NCBI RefSeq assembly: GCF_963921235.1
Contig: NC_086111.1
Span: forward strand, 53,320,001-53,384,000
Source of the DNA: Mobula hypostoma
Taxonomy: Eukaryota
Direction: 5' to 3'
DNA length: 64,000 nucleotides
In this document: positions 1 to 13,410 of the stretch, piece after piece
How positions within the stretch are numbered: position 1 is the stretch's first letter
Layout of the letters: each line of letters opens with the position of its first letter
The notes under the pieces: model-generated
What the model saw: only the letters and a program-made list of their open reading frames with translations
Database searches by the model: none
What the model was told of the DNA's origin: nothing
Made by a program: the position numbers and the translations under genes

Positions 1-2497
1 GGCAAGTACACCCTCTCAACTTTCTCTGCAGATCTACAGAAAACAGTTCGCACAATAATACAGCATTGGCTGGCACCAAGTGGTGAAACAGAGCTGATCA
101 GCGAACTTGTCGACCCTGAGGGTTCCTCTTGAGGTGTTTAAAGTGACCTCGGCTTCATATGTGAGGTCAAGAACCATCTTTGGGGATTATGAGACCTCAC
201 GTGATTGGTCATTCGAGCTAACTGGAATAGTATAAAGGTAACTTGCCAAAAATCAACTCTATCCTGACTAACAGTCAGATTCCAATCTGAATCCTTGTCA
301 ATTTAATTTTCACTGTTGTGATTGTCTTCATCTTCACCTCACCATTCCTCTGTGTGCTGCTACCATCGTTCCATCCATGTCAATGCGCTGACATCATCAA
401 TATCTGATAGGCATACCCAGTTTGTGTTAATTTCCTATTTTAATTTATCCCTTTTAATGATGGATAAATACATACGGCGTGACCTCTGAGTCTCAAGGCA
501 GTGAAGCCTTGAATTCTAATCCTACGAAGAAACAGAAACTACAGAAAATGTGTCAACGCAATGTTACATATCTGCAATATGGTTTTATGGTTTTATTCAG
601 TTCCCATCAGATGATGTGTCTTATTTGTAATACTGTACTGACTGGTGAAACCATGAAGCCATCAAGATCGCAGGAACACTTCTGTAAAAGTTACCCTGAA
701 AAGACCACTTGTGGTAATACTCAGTTCCAGAAGATGAAAGGAGAATTTGAAATGTATTGCACACCCAAATCATTTACTAAGAAAGCTAAAAATGACTCTG
801 ATAATGGTCTCATTGCATCTTATAACATTTCCAAAATGATAGCAAAGTGTGGAAAATCTCATACAATTGGTGAAAGATTAATATGCCTGCTGTACCAGAA
901 GCACTCATCACTGTTGTCAAAATGGATACCAGTATTCTAAAATCATTTCCTCTGAGTAACAACTCTGTGGTGTCATTTTATTGACAAAATGAGTGAAGAC
1001 GTTGAGTATCAACTATGCGCAGAGCTACAAAAAACAAAATTCCGGATACTACTGGATGAGTTAACTTTGTAAGACAACAAGGCTTTGCTAATGGTATATG
1101 TATGGTTTATCAAAAATGGAAAAGTTTATGAAGAGATTCTCTTTTGTAAAAAGTTAAAAACAAATATCAGCTGAGAATCAATCTATGATGAGGTCAAAAT
1201 GTATATTGACGATAGAAGTATTCTGATTAGGAACTTGATTTCTTATTCAAGAGTTGGAGCACCATATATGATGGTTGCTATCCTGGTTTAGTGGCACTTA
1301 TGGAAAAAAGAAAATCCAAGTCTGTTTGCAATCTATTGTGTAATTAATCGTCAGCATCCCCCAGCTAAAAATCTTAGCCAGCAACTTTTTTCAAGCATGA
1401 CTCTTGTAATATCTGCTATCAACAAGATTAAAGCTCATCCATTACATAGCAGAATATTTCACCAGTTATGCCAAGATAATGATGAAGAGTTTGAGCACTT
1501 GTTTCTTTACACTGAAGTGCATTGGTTGTCAAAAGGCTGCTGCTTAAATCGTTTCTTTGATCTTCTTGATGCTGTGTTTGAATTTTTGCACAAAGTCAAC
1601 AAGAGCTTGGGAAACAAGATTGAACTTCTATGTGGCGATGTGGCGTAGCCAGTCTGTATAACAAAATGAACATTATGAAATTGCAAGGTGAGAATTTCAA
1701 TTGAATCAAGTCAAAAAGTGCAGTGTCCACTTTTATTGTAAAATTTGAAATATATAAGCAAAACATTGGGAGAAGAACGTTCTCAGAGTTTTCCTGCATG
1801 GAAAGTATAGCACTTCCATGGATGTTGATCTGCAAGAGTACTGCTTACACCTGCAGTCACAGAAGAAGAATTTTCAGAATTGATTCAAGGATTTGAACAA
1901 TCTGGAAATTCCAGACTGAGTAATTAGCCCATTTCTTTGCAAAGTAGAAGAACAGGAAGAGAGCTTGCAAGAAGAAATTATCGAAATTCAGAACAATGAA
2001 GCAAAAATGCCTTTCAAAAATGTTGGCTTTTGTAGTATGTGGCTACATTGTCATACAAAGTTTCCTGGTCTCTGGAGAAGAGCGAAACTGCTCTTCATTG
2101 CATTTCCATCTCCCTACCTTGTTGAAAGAGGCTTTAGTGTAGTGAACCACATACTCACAAAAAAACAGAAACTGCTTGGACATTGTTACGTGTGGGGACT
2201 TAAGGCTTTTGCTGTTATAATTGGAATCAGATATTTCAACTCTTGCTAAAATCCATCAAGTTCAAGGATCACATTAATATCAAAGCTGCTGTATAAGTTA
2301 GGTTTAAAGACAAATAAAAATTTAAATCAGAATCATTTTTCTCATGTTAGCCATGTTTTTACCCCATGGGGGTGCTGGAAAGTACATTGTGTCTAAGAGG
2401 AGAATTGGCAGGTATGAAGGTGCTCTGGGGGGAGCGTTGGCAAATATGAAAGTGCTTTAGAGGGGCGTTGGGCTAAAAAAAAGGTTGGAAAACACTG
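1..2497 (+). mobile_element. hAT/Buster DNA transposon, right part; left end not seen (probably upstream of window)
   Basis: Transposase remnant followed by G-rich subterminal repeats (2367-2475), a TIR-like GGTTGGAAAACACTG ending at 2497, then CACTAGAC (nnnTAnnn Buster-type target 8-mer). Confidence 0.75.
458..2276 (+). pseudogene. Decayed hAT (Buster/Charlie; ZBED5/SCAND3-like) transposase
   Basis: Frameshifted fragments carry a BED-finger-like YLQYGF..CLICNTVL..TMKPSR..H, AKCGKSHTIGERLI, TEVHWLSKG (RW motif variant) and the C-terminal FPSPYLVERGFS catalytic-Glu/dimerisation motif; many stops. Confidence 0.9.
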
Positions 2498-3442
2498 CAC
2501 TAGACCAAGTGGTTCCAGACTTGAGTGACTGGGGTCTGAGTAACAACAGAGCTTTGAACAACAAATCTGGCTGATGTGAACAAGTTCGAACCCGTGAAAC
2601 CCCTGTAGAAATTTTTGACTGCAAGCAATGTCCCACTGCAGCTTTGCTGTTCTGTTATAGCCATCCTATTTTTTATATATTTCTGAATATCTGAGGTTCA
2701 TAAACAGTTGTTTGAAATTAATCAAATTATTCATTCGAACATCTTGAAAAAGAAGAATGTTCAAAATATGGAAACAATGAAAATAGTAGCCTGAGTAATA
2801 ATGAAAAATAATTTTCTATTCTTTCTTATTTGTCTGCAGCTCTATATTTCATTAAAATTAATGGGTTCATGGGTTCTTCTGGAGGTTGGATCTGATAAAG
2901 GATTCATGAGCAGACTTTCCAAGTATCTGCTTCACCACTGTCTCCAAGGGGAGCCAGTAAATAGTTTGTGGAGTTTGACCAGTGAATTTAGGTCTGTCAT
3001 GGTTGAGTGGGAGTCCTGAAACCTACCAGCATTTTGTTAGAAATTCCAGGAATACCATGCAGAACTGCCAGTAAAATTGAGCAACGTTCAAGCTTTTTTT
3101 TCAGCTTTAACTTATTTCGTTATAATGCACTTCCTCAATTTTATCCCACCAAAGTAGAGTTGCTGGTAGAAGCCAGAGAAAATTGAAAACTATAAAGATC
3201 ACGTTCCTTTTGCAAGATGTACTGATGGCTTATAGCTCATTAACAACTCTGCTTGTTTTCTTTCATATTACAGTATGCATTTCTTTGTTTATAATTTACA
3301 AAAATACAGACTTGTGGGAATGCAAATAACATTTCAGATAACAAGTGCATTTTGCTACATTTATTAACTTGACCTGTGGATAGGATGACCACCATGGCCT
3401 TTGTAGCACTACTTCCTAACTTTGTCTCCATGTAAGAAAAGT

Positions 3443-4625
3443 AAGACCATAGGATATATGAGCAGAATTAGGCCAATTGGCCCACTGATTCTGCTCTGCT
3501 CCATTGTTCGGTCATGACTGATTTCTTTTAAAAATATAATTCCGTTCTTCCACCTTTTCCCAATTTACCTATCAAGAACCTATCAATTTCTGCCTTAAAT
3601 GCATCCAATAACTTATCCTGCACAGCCCTCTGGCAATAAATTCTAGGGAATTGCCATTCTTTGGCTGAAGACATTCTTCCTGATCTCACTTTTAAAGAGT
3701 CAAGGCTTTATTCTGAGGCTCTGCTATCATGCCCTCAACTTCTACTAATAGAGTTGACATGAAAAAGATCTTTCTATCAAGGTCTTCCAGTACTTGGTAG
3801 GTTCCAATAAGATGCCCTCTTCATTATTGCCTTGTACTTCTGAACTCCATTGAGAGCTGGCCCAAAGCCATCAAATGCCCACATATGTCAAGCCTTTCAT
3901 TTGCAGGATTAGCTTTGTGAATATCTGTTGGGCTGTCTCTCGGGCCTGTACGTCTTTCCATAGAAATGGGGCCCAAAACTGGTCTGACCAACACGTTAAA
4001 ACCTCAGCAGTTTATATTCTTGCTTTTAAAATAAATGCTAACATTACATTTACCTTCCTTACTACCGACGCAATCTGTAAGTTATCTTTAAAGGAATTCT
4101 GAATTAGGATTTCCAAGTCCTTGTGTACCATCAAGTTGTCTTTACTCTTCCTATCTTTACTCTTCCTACCAAAGTACATAACCCCACACTTGCCTACACT
4201 GTTTTCCATCTATCACTTCTTTGCTCACAGTCCCAACCTGTTCAAGTCCTTCTATAGACTTCCTTCCTCTGCATCCTATTCCTGTCCCAATCCTATCTTG
4301 CTATTGTCTGCAAACTTGGCCACAATACCATCCGTTCCCTGATACAGATCATTAATATATGAAATGAAAACCTGTGGTCCCAACTCTCTACCTTCTGTCA
4401 GTTAGCCAATACGTGCTAGTTAGTTAGCTATCCATGCTAGTACTTTGCTTGTAACACCATCGACTCATATTTTGTTTGACAAGGTGCTGCACATAAAGCT
4501 GCTAAGGGCTTTCTGAATATCCAAGCTAATAGTATCCACTGTTTCTCTTGCCCAACCTATTTGTTATGTCCTCAAATAATTTCTCATTCATGTTCTACCT
4601 TTGGAAAAACCAAGCTGACATCACC
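3443..4625 (-). mobile_element. CR1-type LINE fragment (RT C-terminus and 3' end), decayed
   Basis: Minus-strand peptides GKCGVMYFGRKSK and VVRKVNVMLAFI; 3' end motif aagaccataggatat..gcagaattaggcca shared with other CR1 copies here. Confidence 0.8.
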
Positions 4626-4634
4626 CTATTTTAT

Positions 4635-7600
4635 AAGAGCATAAGACAGAAAAACAGAACTAGGCCATTTGACCCAATGAGTCTGCGCTGCCATTCGATC
4701 ATGAATGATTTATTATCCCTCTCAATCCCTTTCTCCTGCCTTCTCCCCATGACCTTTGACACCCTGGCTAATCAAGAAACTATCAACCTCTGCTTTAAAT
4801 ATACTAAATCAGAGGTCCCCAACCTTTTTCGCACTGCGGACCGGTTTCATATTGACAATATTCTTGCAGACTGGCTGACCGTGGGGGGGTGGGGGGGGTA
4901 GAGTTGCAAACGGACAAGAGTAGCAGTCAAATACGTTGGGTTTACCCCCGAGAAAGACTACAATGGCCATGAAGCCTTGCGCGGGCACCAGTGCGCATGT
5001 GTGATTTGCGCATGCGTGTACATGCCCATTTTTTCTACAAATCGTTTTTGGCAATTCTGTTTGGGGGGTGTGTTAATCATGAACGCAACATAGGTGATGA
5101 GTGGCTAATACACTCAATTTCGTTTCTAAAAGGGTTTATCTAACGAATTTAATATTAAACACACAGCGCATATTTTCCTCGCATGAACATATAAAATCAT
5201 TGCAACACACCAATATTGTCAATTATCAGGGGAGCTTGAAGTAAGTGTTGAACGAACTTCCAGTAGAAGTGGGAGAGGCAGGTTCGATATTATCATTTAA
5301 AGAAAAATTGGATAGGTATATGGACAGGAAAGGAATGGAGGATTATGGGCTGAGTGCAGGTCGGTGGGACTAGGTGAGAGTAGCGTTCGGCATGGACTAG
5401 AAGGGCAGAGATCACCTATTTCCGTGCTGTAATTGTTATATGGTTATATAAGTCAATAGCATCATAACATTTTAAGTAACATTTGGGTATTAAACACACA
5501 GCACATATTTTCCCCATATGAACATATAAAATCATTGCAACACACCAATATCACTGAACCAGTGGGAGCCCTGGGCTTGTTTTCCTGCAACGAGACAGTC
5601 CCATCGAGGGGTGACGGGAGACAGCGGTACTGGAACGGGGTTCCTTATGTCCAGTCTATTCCGCAATTTAGTTTTCGTTGCATTCATTGCAGAGATATGT
5701 TGGAAATGGAAGCAACGTTTTCAGTGCTTTCGTGGCTATCTCAGGATATTTAGCCTTGACTTTGATCCAGAATGCCGGCAGAGATGTTATGTCAAACATA
5801 CTTTTCAGCCCGTCGTCATTTGCAAGCTCGAGGAGTTGATCTCCTTCCCACGCTGACATGGATGATGCGTGCGTAATGACCTCGCGTGCGTTCAAGCTGG
5901 ACAGTGCGTGACAGGGAATGAGGAAAGGTGCAGCGGACTCCTCTCGCCAAACCATATCGTTTTGTCGCAGCCCGGTAGCACATGCTTTGCGGCCCGGTGG
6001 TTGGGGACCGCTGTACTAAATGGCTTGGGTTCCATAACTGTCCGTGGCAATGAATTCCACAGATTCAATACCCTCTGACTAAAGAAATTCTTCCACAATT
6101 TTGTTCAAAATAGATGTCCCTCTATTCTGAGGATGTGCCCTCTGGCTCTAGGCTTACTCACTATAGGAAGCATCTTCTCCACATCCACTCTATCTCGGCC
6201 TTTCAATATTCAATAGGTTTTAATGAGATTCCTCCCCCCCCCCCACCACACCCCTTATTTTTCTCAACTCTTTCGAGTACAGGGTCAGAGCCATATAATG
6301 CTCTTCATATGTTAATCCTTTCATTACTGGAATCATTCTTGTGAACCTGCTCTAGACCCTCTCCAATGCCAGCAAATCCTTTCTTAGTTATGGGGCCCAA
6401 AACGGCTTACAATTTTCTTAAGTGCAGTCTGACAAATGCCTTGTAAAGCCTCAGCATGACATCCTCACTCTTGGATTCTAGTCCTTTCACAATGAATGCT
6501 AACATTGCCTTCCTCACCACTAATTCAATCTGCGATGCTGACAAGTCTCTTTGAACTTTTGATTTTTGAATTCTTTCCCTGTTTAGAAAGTTGTTTACGT
6601 CTTTATTCCTTCTACTAAATTTCATGACCTTACACTTCACTACACTATTGCCATCTGCCATTTCTTTGCCTATTCTCCCAATCTGTCCCTCTGCAGACTT
6701 CCTGCCACCTGCCCCTGCACCAGTCTATGTATCATCCACAAACTTGGCCACAAAGCCATCAATTCCATCATCCAAATCATTGGCATATAACGTAAATGAA
6801 GTGATCCCCAACTCCGACTCCTGCGGACCACAAGTAATCACCGGCAATCAATTAGAAAAGGCCCCCTTTTATTCCCACTCTTCATCTCCTGCCAGTCAGC
6901 CAATCTTCTAACCATGCTAGTATTTTTCCTTATCTTTAGTATCTTTATCATGTACTTCCAAGTTATCTGAAATTTCATCTTTAATAGTGGACACTAAAAT
7001 CTTACCTACCACAGATATCAGCCTAACTAGTCTTAATTTCCCATATTTTGCTTCCTTCCCTTCTTAAACAGAGGGGTCATGTTTGAGATTTCTATTCCTC
7101 TGGGACCCCCCCTGACTCAGTGATTCTTCAAAGATCACTACTAATGCCTCCACAGTCTCTTCAGCTACTTCTTTCAGACCTCAGTGTATAGTCCACCTGG
7201 TCCAGCTGATTTATCCACTTTCATGCTTTTCAGCTTCCTCAGCACCATCTCTTTGGAAATGGTCACTACACTCACCTCTGCCTCAGCTCTCTTGAATTTC
7301 TGGCACTTTGCTTGTGACTTCCACTGCAAAGGTGGATACAATGCTCCTATTCATTTCCTCCGTCATCTCTCTGTTCCCCATTTATACTTCTCCCATGTCA
7401 TTTTCAAGCAGTCGGATGTCCATTATTGCCTCTCTGTCACCCCAGATGCATCCAAAAATACCTTCTGCAATCTTCCTTTTTATTATTAGCTGCTTTACCC
7501 TCATATTTCATCTTCTCCTTCCTTATGGCTTTTTTTTAGTTGTCCTCTGTTTTTTAAATGTTTCCCAATCCTCTGTTTTCCCACTAATCTGCATTTTATT

Positions 7601-7720
7601 ACTACTTTATTACTTTTATGTTCCCTCTGACTTCCCTCTTTTGCCATGGCTGTGTCATCCTACTTTTACTGTGTGGTTTCTACCTTGGGATGAAATTCTG
7701 CTGTGTCTCCCAGAAAAGCT
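4635..7720 (-). mobile_element. CR1-type LINE, decayed, interrupted by the hAT element at 4810-6013
   Basis: Minus-strand peptides FFSQRVLNLWNSLP, KCKVMKFSRRN and VMLRLYKAFVRLHL; sequence is continuous across the hAT TSD. Confidence 0.85.
4810..6013 (-). mobile_element. Non-autonomous hAT/Buster element with TIRs and 8-bp TSD
   Basis: TIRs CAGAGGTCCCCAACC / GGTTGGGGACCGCTG; perfect TSD TACTAAAT at 4802-4809 and 6014-6021; minus-strand transposase C-terminal remnant FWIKVKAKYPEIATKALKTLLPFPT-YLC. Confidence 0.93.
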
Positions 7721-7770
7721 ATGTTAATGTTTTGTCTTTGTACATTATGAAACATAAGAAATAGAATATC

Positions 7771-9492
7771 AATCAGAAACAGAATCAGGTTTATTATCAC
7801 TGGCATGTGTCATGAAATTTGGTAAGGTAGCAGCAGCAGTTCAATGCAGTATATAATATAGAAGAAGAAGAAAATAATAAATAAATCAATTATAGTGTAT
7901 GTATATTGAATAGATTAAAAATTGTGCAAAAACAGAAATAATATATATTTAAAAAGTGAGGTAGTGTTCAGGGGTTCAATGTCCATTTAGGAAACAGATG
8001 GCAGAGGGGAAGAAGCTGTTATTGAATCACTGTGTGTGTGCCTTCAGGCTTCTGTACCTCGTACCTGATGGTAACAGTGAGAAAAGGGCTTTCCCTGGGT
8101 GCTGAAGGTCCTTAATAATGGACGCTGCCTTTCTGAGACACCGCTCCTTGAAGATCTCTTGGGTACTTTGTAGGCTAGTACCCTAGATGGAGCCGACTAA
8201 ATTTACGACACTCTGCAGCTTCTTTCTGTCCTGTGCAGTAGCCCCTCCCCCCTCCCCCCCATACCAGACAGTGATGCAGCCTGTCAGAATGTTCTCCATG
8301 GTACATCTATAGAAGTTTTTGAGTGTATTTGTTGACATACCAAATCTCTTCAAACTGCTGATGAAGTATAGTCACTGTCTTGCCTTTTTTATAGCTGCAT
8401 CGATATGTTAGGACCAGGTTAGCTTCTCAAAGATCTTGGACACCCAGGAATTTGAAATTGCTCACTCTCGCCACTTTTGATCCCTCTATGAAGATGGTAT
8501 GTGTTCCTTCATCTTTCCCTTCCTGAAGTCTACAATCAGCTGTCATGTCTTACTGACGTTAAATGCAAGATTGTTGCTGTGACACCACTCCACTAGGTGG
8601 GTATATCTTGCTCCTGTACGTCCTCTCATCTCCATCTGAGATTCTACCAACAATGGTTGTGTCATCAGCAAAATTATAGATGGTAATTGAGGTATGCCTA
8701 GCCACACACTCATGGGTATAGAGAGAGTAGAGCAGTGGACTAAGCACACTCCCTTGACATGCACCAGTGTTGATCGTCAGTGAGGAGGAGATGTTATCAC
8801 CAATCCACACAGATTGTGATCTTCTGGTCAGGAAGTCAAGGATCCAATTGCAGAGGGAGGTATAGAGGCTCAGGTTTTGTAACTTATCAGTAAGGATTGT
8901 GAGAATGATGGTGTTAAATGCTGAGCTGTGGTTAATGAACAGCATCCTGACATAGGTGTTTGCATTGTCCAGGTGGTCTAAGGCCGAGTGACGAGCCATT
9001 GAGATTGCATCTGTCGTTGACCTATTGTGGCGACAGGCAAATTGCAGTGGGTCCAGGTCCCTGCTGAGGCAGGAGTTCAGTCTAGTCATGACCAACCTTT
9101 CAAAGTATTTCATCACTGTAGATGTGGGTGCTACCTGGCGATAGTCATTAAGGCAGCTCACATTATTCGTCTTAGGCACTGGCATAATTGTTGCCTTTTT
9201 AAAGCAAGTGGAAACTTCCGCCTTTAGTAGTGAAAGGTTGAAAATGTCCTTGAATACTCCTGCCAGTTGGTTGGCACAAGTTTTCAGAGCCTTACCAGAG
9301 CAATCGTACATCCGATGACGCCTTGAACCTCGTTTAAAATTTCTCTTCGTCTTTGAAATACCCTTCTGCAAGTCATACCTGGTTTTCTGGTACAGACCTG
9401 GGTTGCCAGCCTTGAATGCCACAGATCTAGCCTTCAGCAGATAATGTGCCTCCTGGTTCATCCACGGCTTTTGGTTTGGGAATGTACAGCAA
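7771..9492 (-). mobile_element. Rex1/Babar-type LINE, 5'-truncated, with RT ORF remnant (8559-9461)
   Basis: LKTCANQLAGVFKDIFNLSL..CFKKATIMPVPK..LNDYRQVA..QGSVLSPLLYSLYT..FADD; 3' tail of (GATTCT)-like repeats at about 7771-7790. Confidence 0.9.
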
Positions 9493-11920
9493 GTTATACT
9501 TTTGAGGTAAGTGAATTTGTGGCATGAAGTGATAAGATTTAGTGGCCATTACGGAAACGTAGTTGCAGGGTGGAAATGATTGGGAATTAAATATACAAGG
9601 GTATCCAGTAATATGGAAAGAGAGGCAGGAAGGTAAAGCAGGTCATGTAGTGCTCTTAATTAAGGATAAGATCAGGGTGATGGTGAGGGATGATGTAAAG
9701 TTTAAAGAGCAGAATGTTAAGTCCATCTGGGTGGAGATTAAGAATAGTAAAGGGGAAAAATATCACTGGTGGGAGTTGTTTCAAAGCCACTGAATAATAA
9801 CATTGCAGTGGCACATGTAATAAACCAAGAAATATCTGAAGAATGGAAGACTGGAACAGCAGTTGTCCGTAAGACCATAAGATATAGGAGCAGAAGTAGA
9901 CCATTCAGGCCATCAAGTTTTCTCCACCATTCAGTCATGGGCTGATCCAATTCTTCCAGTTATCCCCACTCCCCTGCCTTCTCCTCATACCCTTTGATGC
10001 CCTGGGTAATCAAGAACTTAGCTATCTCTGCCTTAAATGCATCCAATGACTTAGCCTCCACAGCCACTCGTGGCAACAAATTCCACAGATTTACCACCCT
10101 CTGACTAAAGTAATTTCATGGCATCTCTGTTCTAAATAGATGTCCTTCAATCCTGAAGTCGTGCCCTCTTGTCCTCGACTCCCCTATCATGGGAAATAAC
10201 TTTGCCATATCTAATCTGTTCAGGCCTTTTAATATTCGGAATGTTTCTATGAGATCCCCCCCCCCCTCATTCTCCTGAACTCCAGGGAATACAGCCCAAG
10301 AGCTGCCAGACGTTCTTCATACGGTAACCCTTTCATTCCCGGATTTTGTCATGGGGCCCTAGAAGACAGCAAATAGCACTCCACTATTTAAAATAGGATG
10401 TATGCAAAAGATGGGTAACTGTAAGCCAGTTAGCTGAACATCTGTAGTCAGAAAAGTGCTTGAAGCTGTCAATAAGGAAGAAATAGTGAAACATCTCGAT
10501 AAAAGTGGTTCCATTAGGCAGGCGCAACACGGATTCAGAAAGGGCAGCTCCTGTCTGACAAACTTACTGGAGTTGTTTGAGGATATCATAAATGCGGTGG
10601 ATGGAGGGGAACAGCTAGGTGATGTCTACTTGGATTTCCAAAGGGTGTTCGATAAGGTGCAGCAGAAAAGACCTAACCATAAGACAAAGGGGGTACGTAA
10701 TGTTAATAGCATGGATAGAAGATTGGTTCACCAATAGGGTTGAGGCAGAGAGTTGGGATAAATGAGTGTTTCTCTATTTGGCAGTCAGTGGTGAGTAGAG
10801 TGCCCCAAGAAACAGTGCTTGCTTTGCAAATGCTCATGATGATGTACATTAACGATTTGGACGAAGGTGCTTATTGTAGTGCATCTAAGAATGCAGATGA
10901 CACCGAACTGAGTAGAAAAGCAATTTGTGCAGAGGGTGCAGAGAGATATTGATAAGTTAAGTGAGTGAGCAAGGCTATGGCAGGTGGAGTGGTATTTGTC
11001 CGCTGCATCTGACCATGACAGGAGACCTGTGCAGGACGGTTATTAAAGTGGAAAAGGAAGGTTATTAAAGTGGGGCAGGCCACTCTCTCTACCTCCAGTG
11101 GTACAAACATGTTGCACAAACTGGAGTCTTCCTTGGTTATTGCAGAATGGACATTGCAAGCCCCTTCACCAGAGATGCTCTCCCTCCCTGGACACCCCAT
11201 ATGTCTCAAGCCGGATGGAGCACAACATTGGATAAATGCGAGGTCATTCACTCTGGAAGGAAAAATAGAAAATCAAATGATTTTTTAGCTGAAAGTTTGC
11301 AGCATACTGTTGTGCAGAGGGTCTTGGGAGTGCTTGTGCATGAATCACAAAAGGTTGGTTTGCAGGTGCCACGGGTTATCAGGAAGGTAAATGGAACGTT
11401 GGCCTTCTAACAGAGCGATTGAATTTAACAGCAGAGAGGTTGTGCTGCAACTAAAGAAGGACATACTAGCTTCTGAGGTGATGTAAAAAACGTTCACGAT
11501 GTTGATTCCAGAAATGAAGGGTGTTAACCTATGAGGAGACATTCAGTCACCTGGGACTATTCCCGCTGGAATTCAGAAGATTGAGAGGAGATGAAAGGGA
11601 TAGATAAGATAGAAGCAGTAAAGCTATTCCTGCTGCTGAGTGAAATTAAAACTAGAGGACATAGCTCAAGATTCGGGGGAATAGATGGGAGACTGCTTTT
11701 CTCAGCGAATGGTGGACCTGTAGAATTCTGTGCCCAGGTAAGCAGTAGATGTTACCTCTTTCATTACATTTAAGTCACAGGTAGATTTTTGCTTAGCAGG
11801 TGAATTAATATTTTTGGGGAAAAAGCTGGTAGATGGAGCTGAGTCCACAGCCAGGATCATCCATGATCTTATTAAATGGTGGAGTAGGCTCAAAGGGCCT
11901 ATTCTTGCTGGTGTTCTTGT
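9493..11920 (+). mobile_element. CR1-type LINE (endonuclease remnant joined to RT and 3' end), internally deleted, with nested insertions
   Basis: ETx.QGGNDWELNIQGY; QHGFRKGSSCLTNLLELFE..YLDFQRVFDKV; ADDTEL; KCEVIHSGRKN. Confidence 0.85.
9868..10345 (-). mobile_element. Young CR1 3' fragment nested in an older CR1
   Basis: taagaccataagatataggagcagaag 3' end; TTGTC duplicated at 9863-9867 and 10346-10350; closely similar to the copy at 43021-43465. Confidence 0.85.
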
Positions 11921-11929
11921 GAGTCATTC

Positions 11930-12215
11930 AGACCTTTTCGATCCACTGAGTCTACACCAGCCACAGTGCATCCATCCACACCCATTGTACACAAACCATA
12001 TACTCATCAGCACTTCCAAGATTCTGCCACTTGCTCACACAAGCTGCAACCCTACTGACCTGCACATCTTTGGGAGGTATGACTGAGAGAGGACGGCCCC
12101 AAATGTACGTCTATGAGAAGAACAGGAACACCTAGACTAAAGGATGCAGTCGCAGGGAGAAAATGCACTCCACACAGGCAACACTGCAGGTTCGGATTGA
12201 ACTTGAGTCATTAGA
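11930..12215 (-). mobile_element. Decayed tRNA-derived V-SINE-like element
   Basis: ctgcacatctttggga..gggagaaaatgcactccacacaggca..ggattgaact resembles the SINE core of other copies in the window. Confidence 0.5.
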
Positions 12216-12569
12216 GGACATTGTTAATTGTTAACTAACTGAATTGTTGAATCTTGTTTCGAATTAAAAATGCATATAAATGCAACTCTTTGAATATAAT
12301 AAACAATTACTATTTGTTATATAGCTCATAGTTGCATCTGACATTTTCTCAGCCCCTTTGCTTCTAATACTACTTGCATTTTTCATTTTGCATTTTGGGG
12401 ACTCCAATTCAGCCAGTAGTGCAATTGCAAAAGTATGACATTTTACATACTGTTCTTCAAATTCACTGACAGTGATTTACTGTTTCATATAATTAAAACA
12501 AATAGGGTACCATTGAAGAAGGAATTCAAATTTATACCTGCAGTTAGCATCGCTCCTTTGACCCCATAA

Positions 12570-13410
12570 TAGTTCAATAGTTCCATTAAATATCAAAGAA
12601 TGAATACAAATTACAACCTGAAATTCTTGTTCTTTGCAGACATCCATGAAAATAGTGCCCCAAAGAATAAGTGACAGTAAAAACATTAGAAGCCCAAAGC
12701 CCCCTGACCTCTACGTACAAGCAACAGCAAAGCATTAACCCTCCCCTTCCCCACTTCAGCAAAAAGCATTAGCACCGTTTACCCACCAAGCCAAAATAGC
12801 AGAGACCCAAGAAAGATCATAATCTGCAGTACAACAAAAACTAATCAATTACCTGACAATTCGACATACCACAGGCTCTCTCTCTCTCTCTCTCTCCCCT
12901 AGTAAAGGGGAGAGCGGTGTCTCTCAGCGAGAGGGAAGACATAGACAAGGCAACTCACTAATTTACAGTGTTAAAGTCTGCTACACACTTTCTCTGAGTT
13001 CTCCAACTCGAGAATCAGCAACAAATCTCCCCACCAATGAGAGACAAGTACAGAGCCCCTGACATCAGACCCACTGTTCCCAATATTCTGATTTCTCCTT
13101 GGATGCTTCAGTCGACAGCACTGGCATAGAATCGGGTCATCCCCAGGGCCACGAAGCCTCGGAACCCTGAAGGTGCGCTTATCTTCTCGGCTGCGCCCCC
13201 TGGGATATTGAAAATCTGCTGGTCAGTGAAGCCTGGGAGCAGGAACCATTGCCGCAAAGAACAAAAGTTTGAGTGCAGCTCTAGGTCAGGTTCTTCAGCA
13301 GAGCCCCATCCACCTTGAAAAGGAAAAAGAGAGACATTAAAGGTAGAAGTAAGCTGTTCCCGCAGATGAGCTCGAGTAAGTCACTGTCTAACACCATCTT
13401 AGCTCCGCCC
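12570..13410 (-). mobile_element. Short non-autonomous retroelement with Rex-Babar-like 3' end and LINE-like 5' start
   Basis: 3' end (aagttcaatagttcc..acaacctgaaattcttgttc) resembles 21460-21530; the minus-strand 5' end reads GGGCGGAGCTAAGATGGTG; no RT ORF; internal (CT)n at 12876-12896. Confidence 0.55.

Noticed and set aside
479-2249. Domesticated ZBED5/SCAND3-like host gene
   Set aside because: Multiple frameshifts and stops, plus a TIR and target-like 8-mer at 2483-2505, show a dead transposon.
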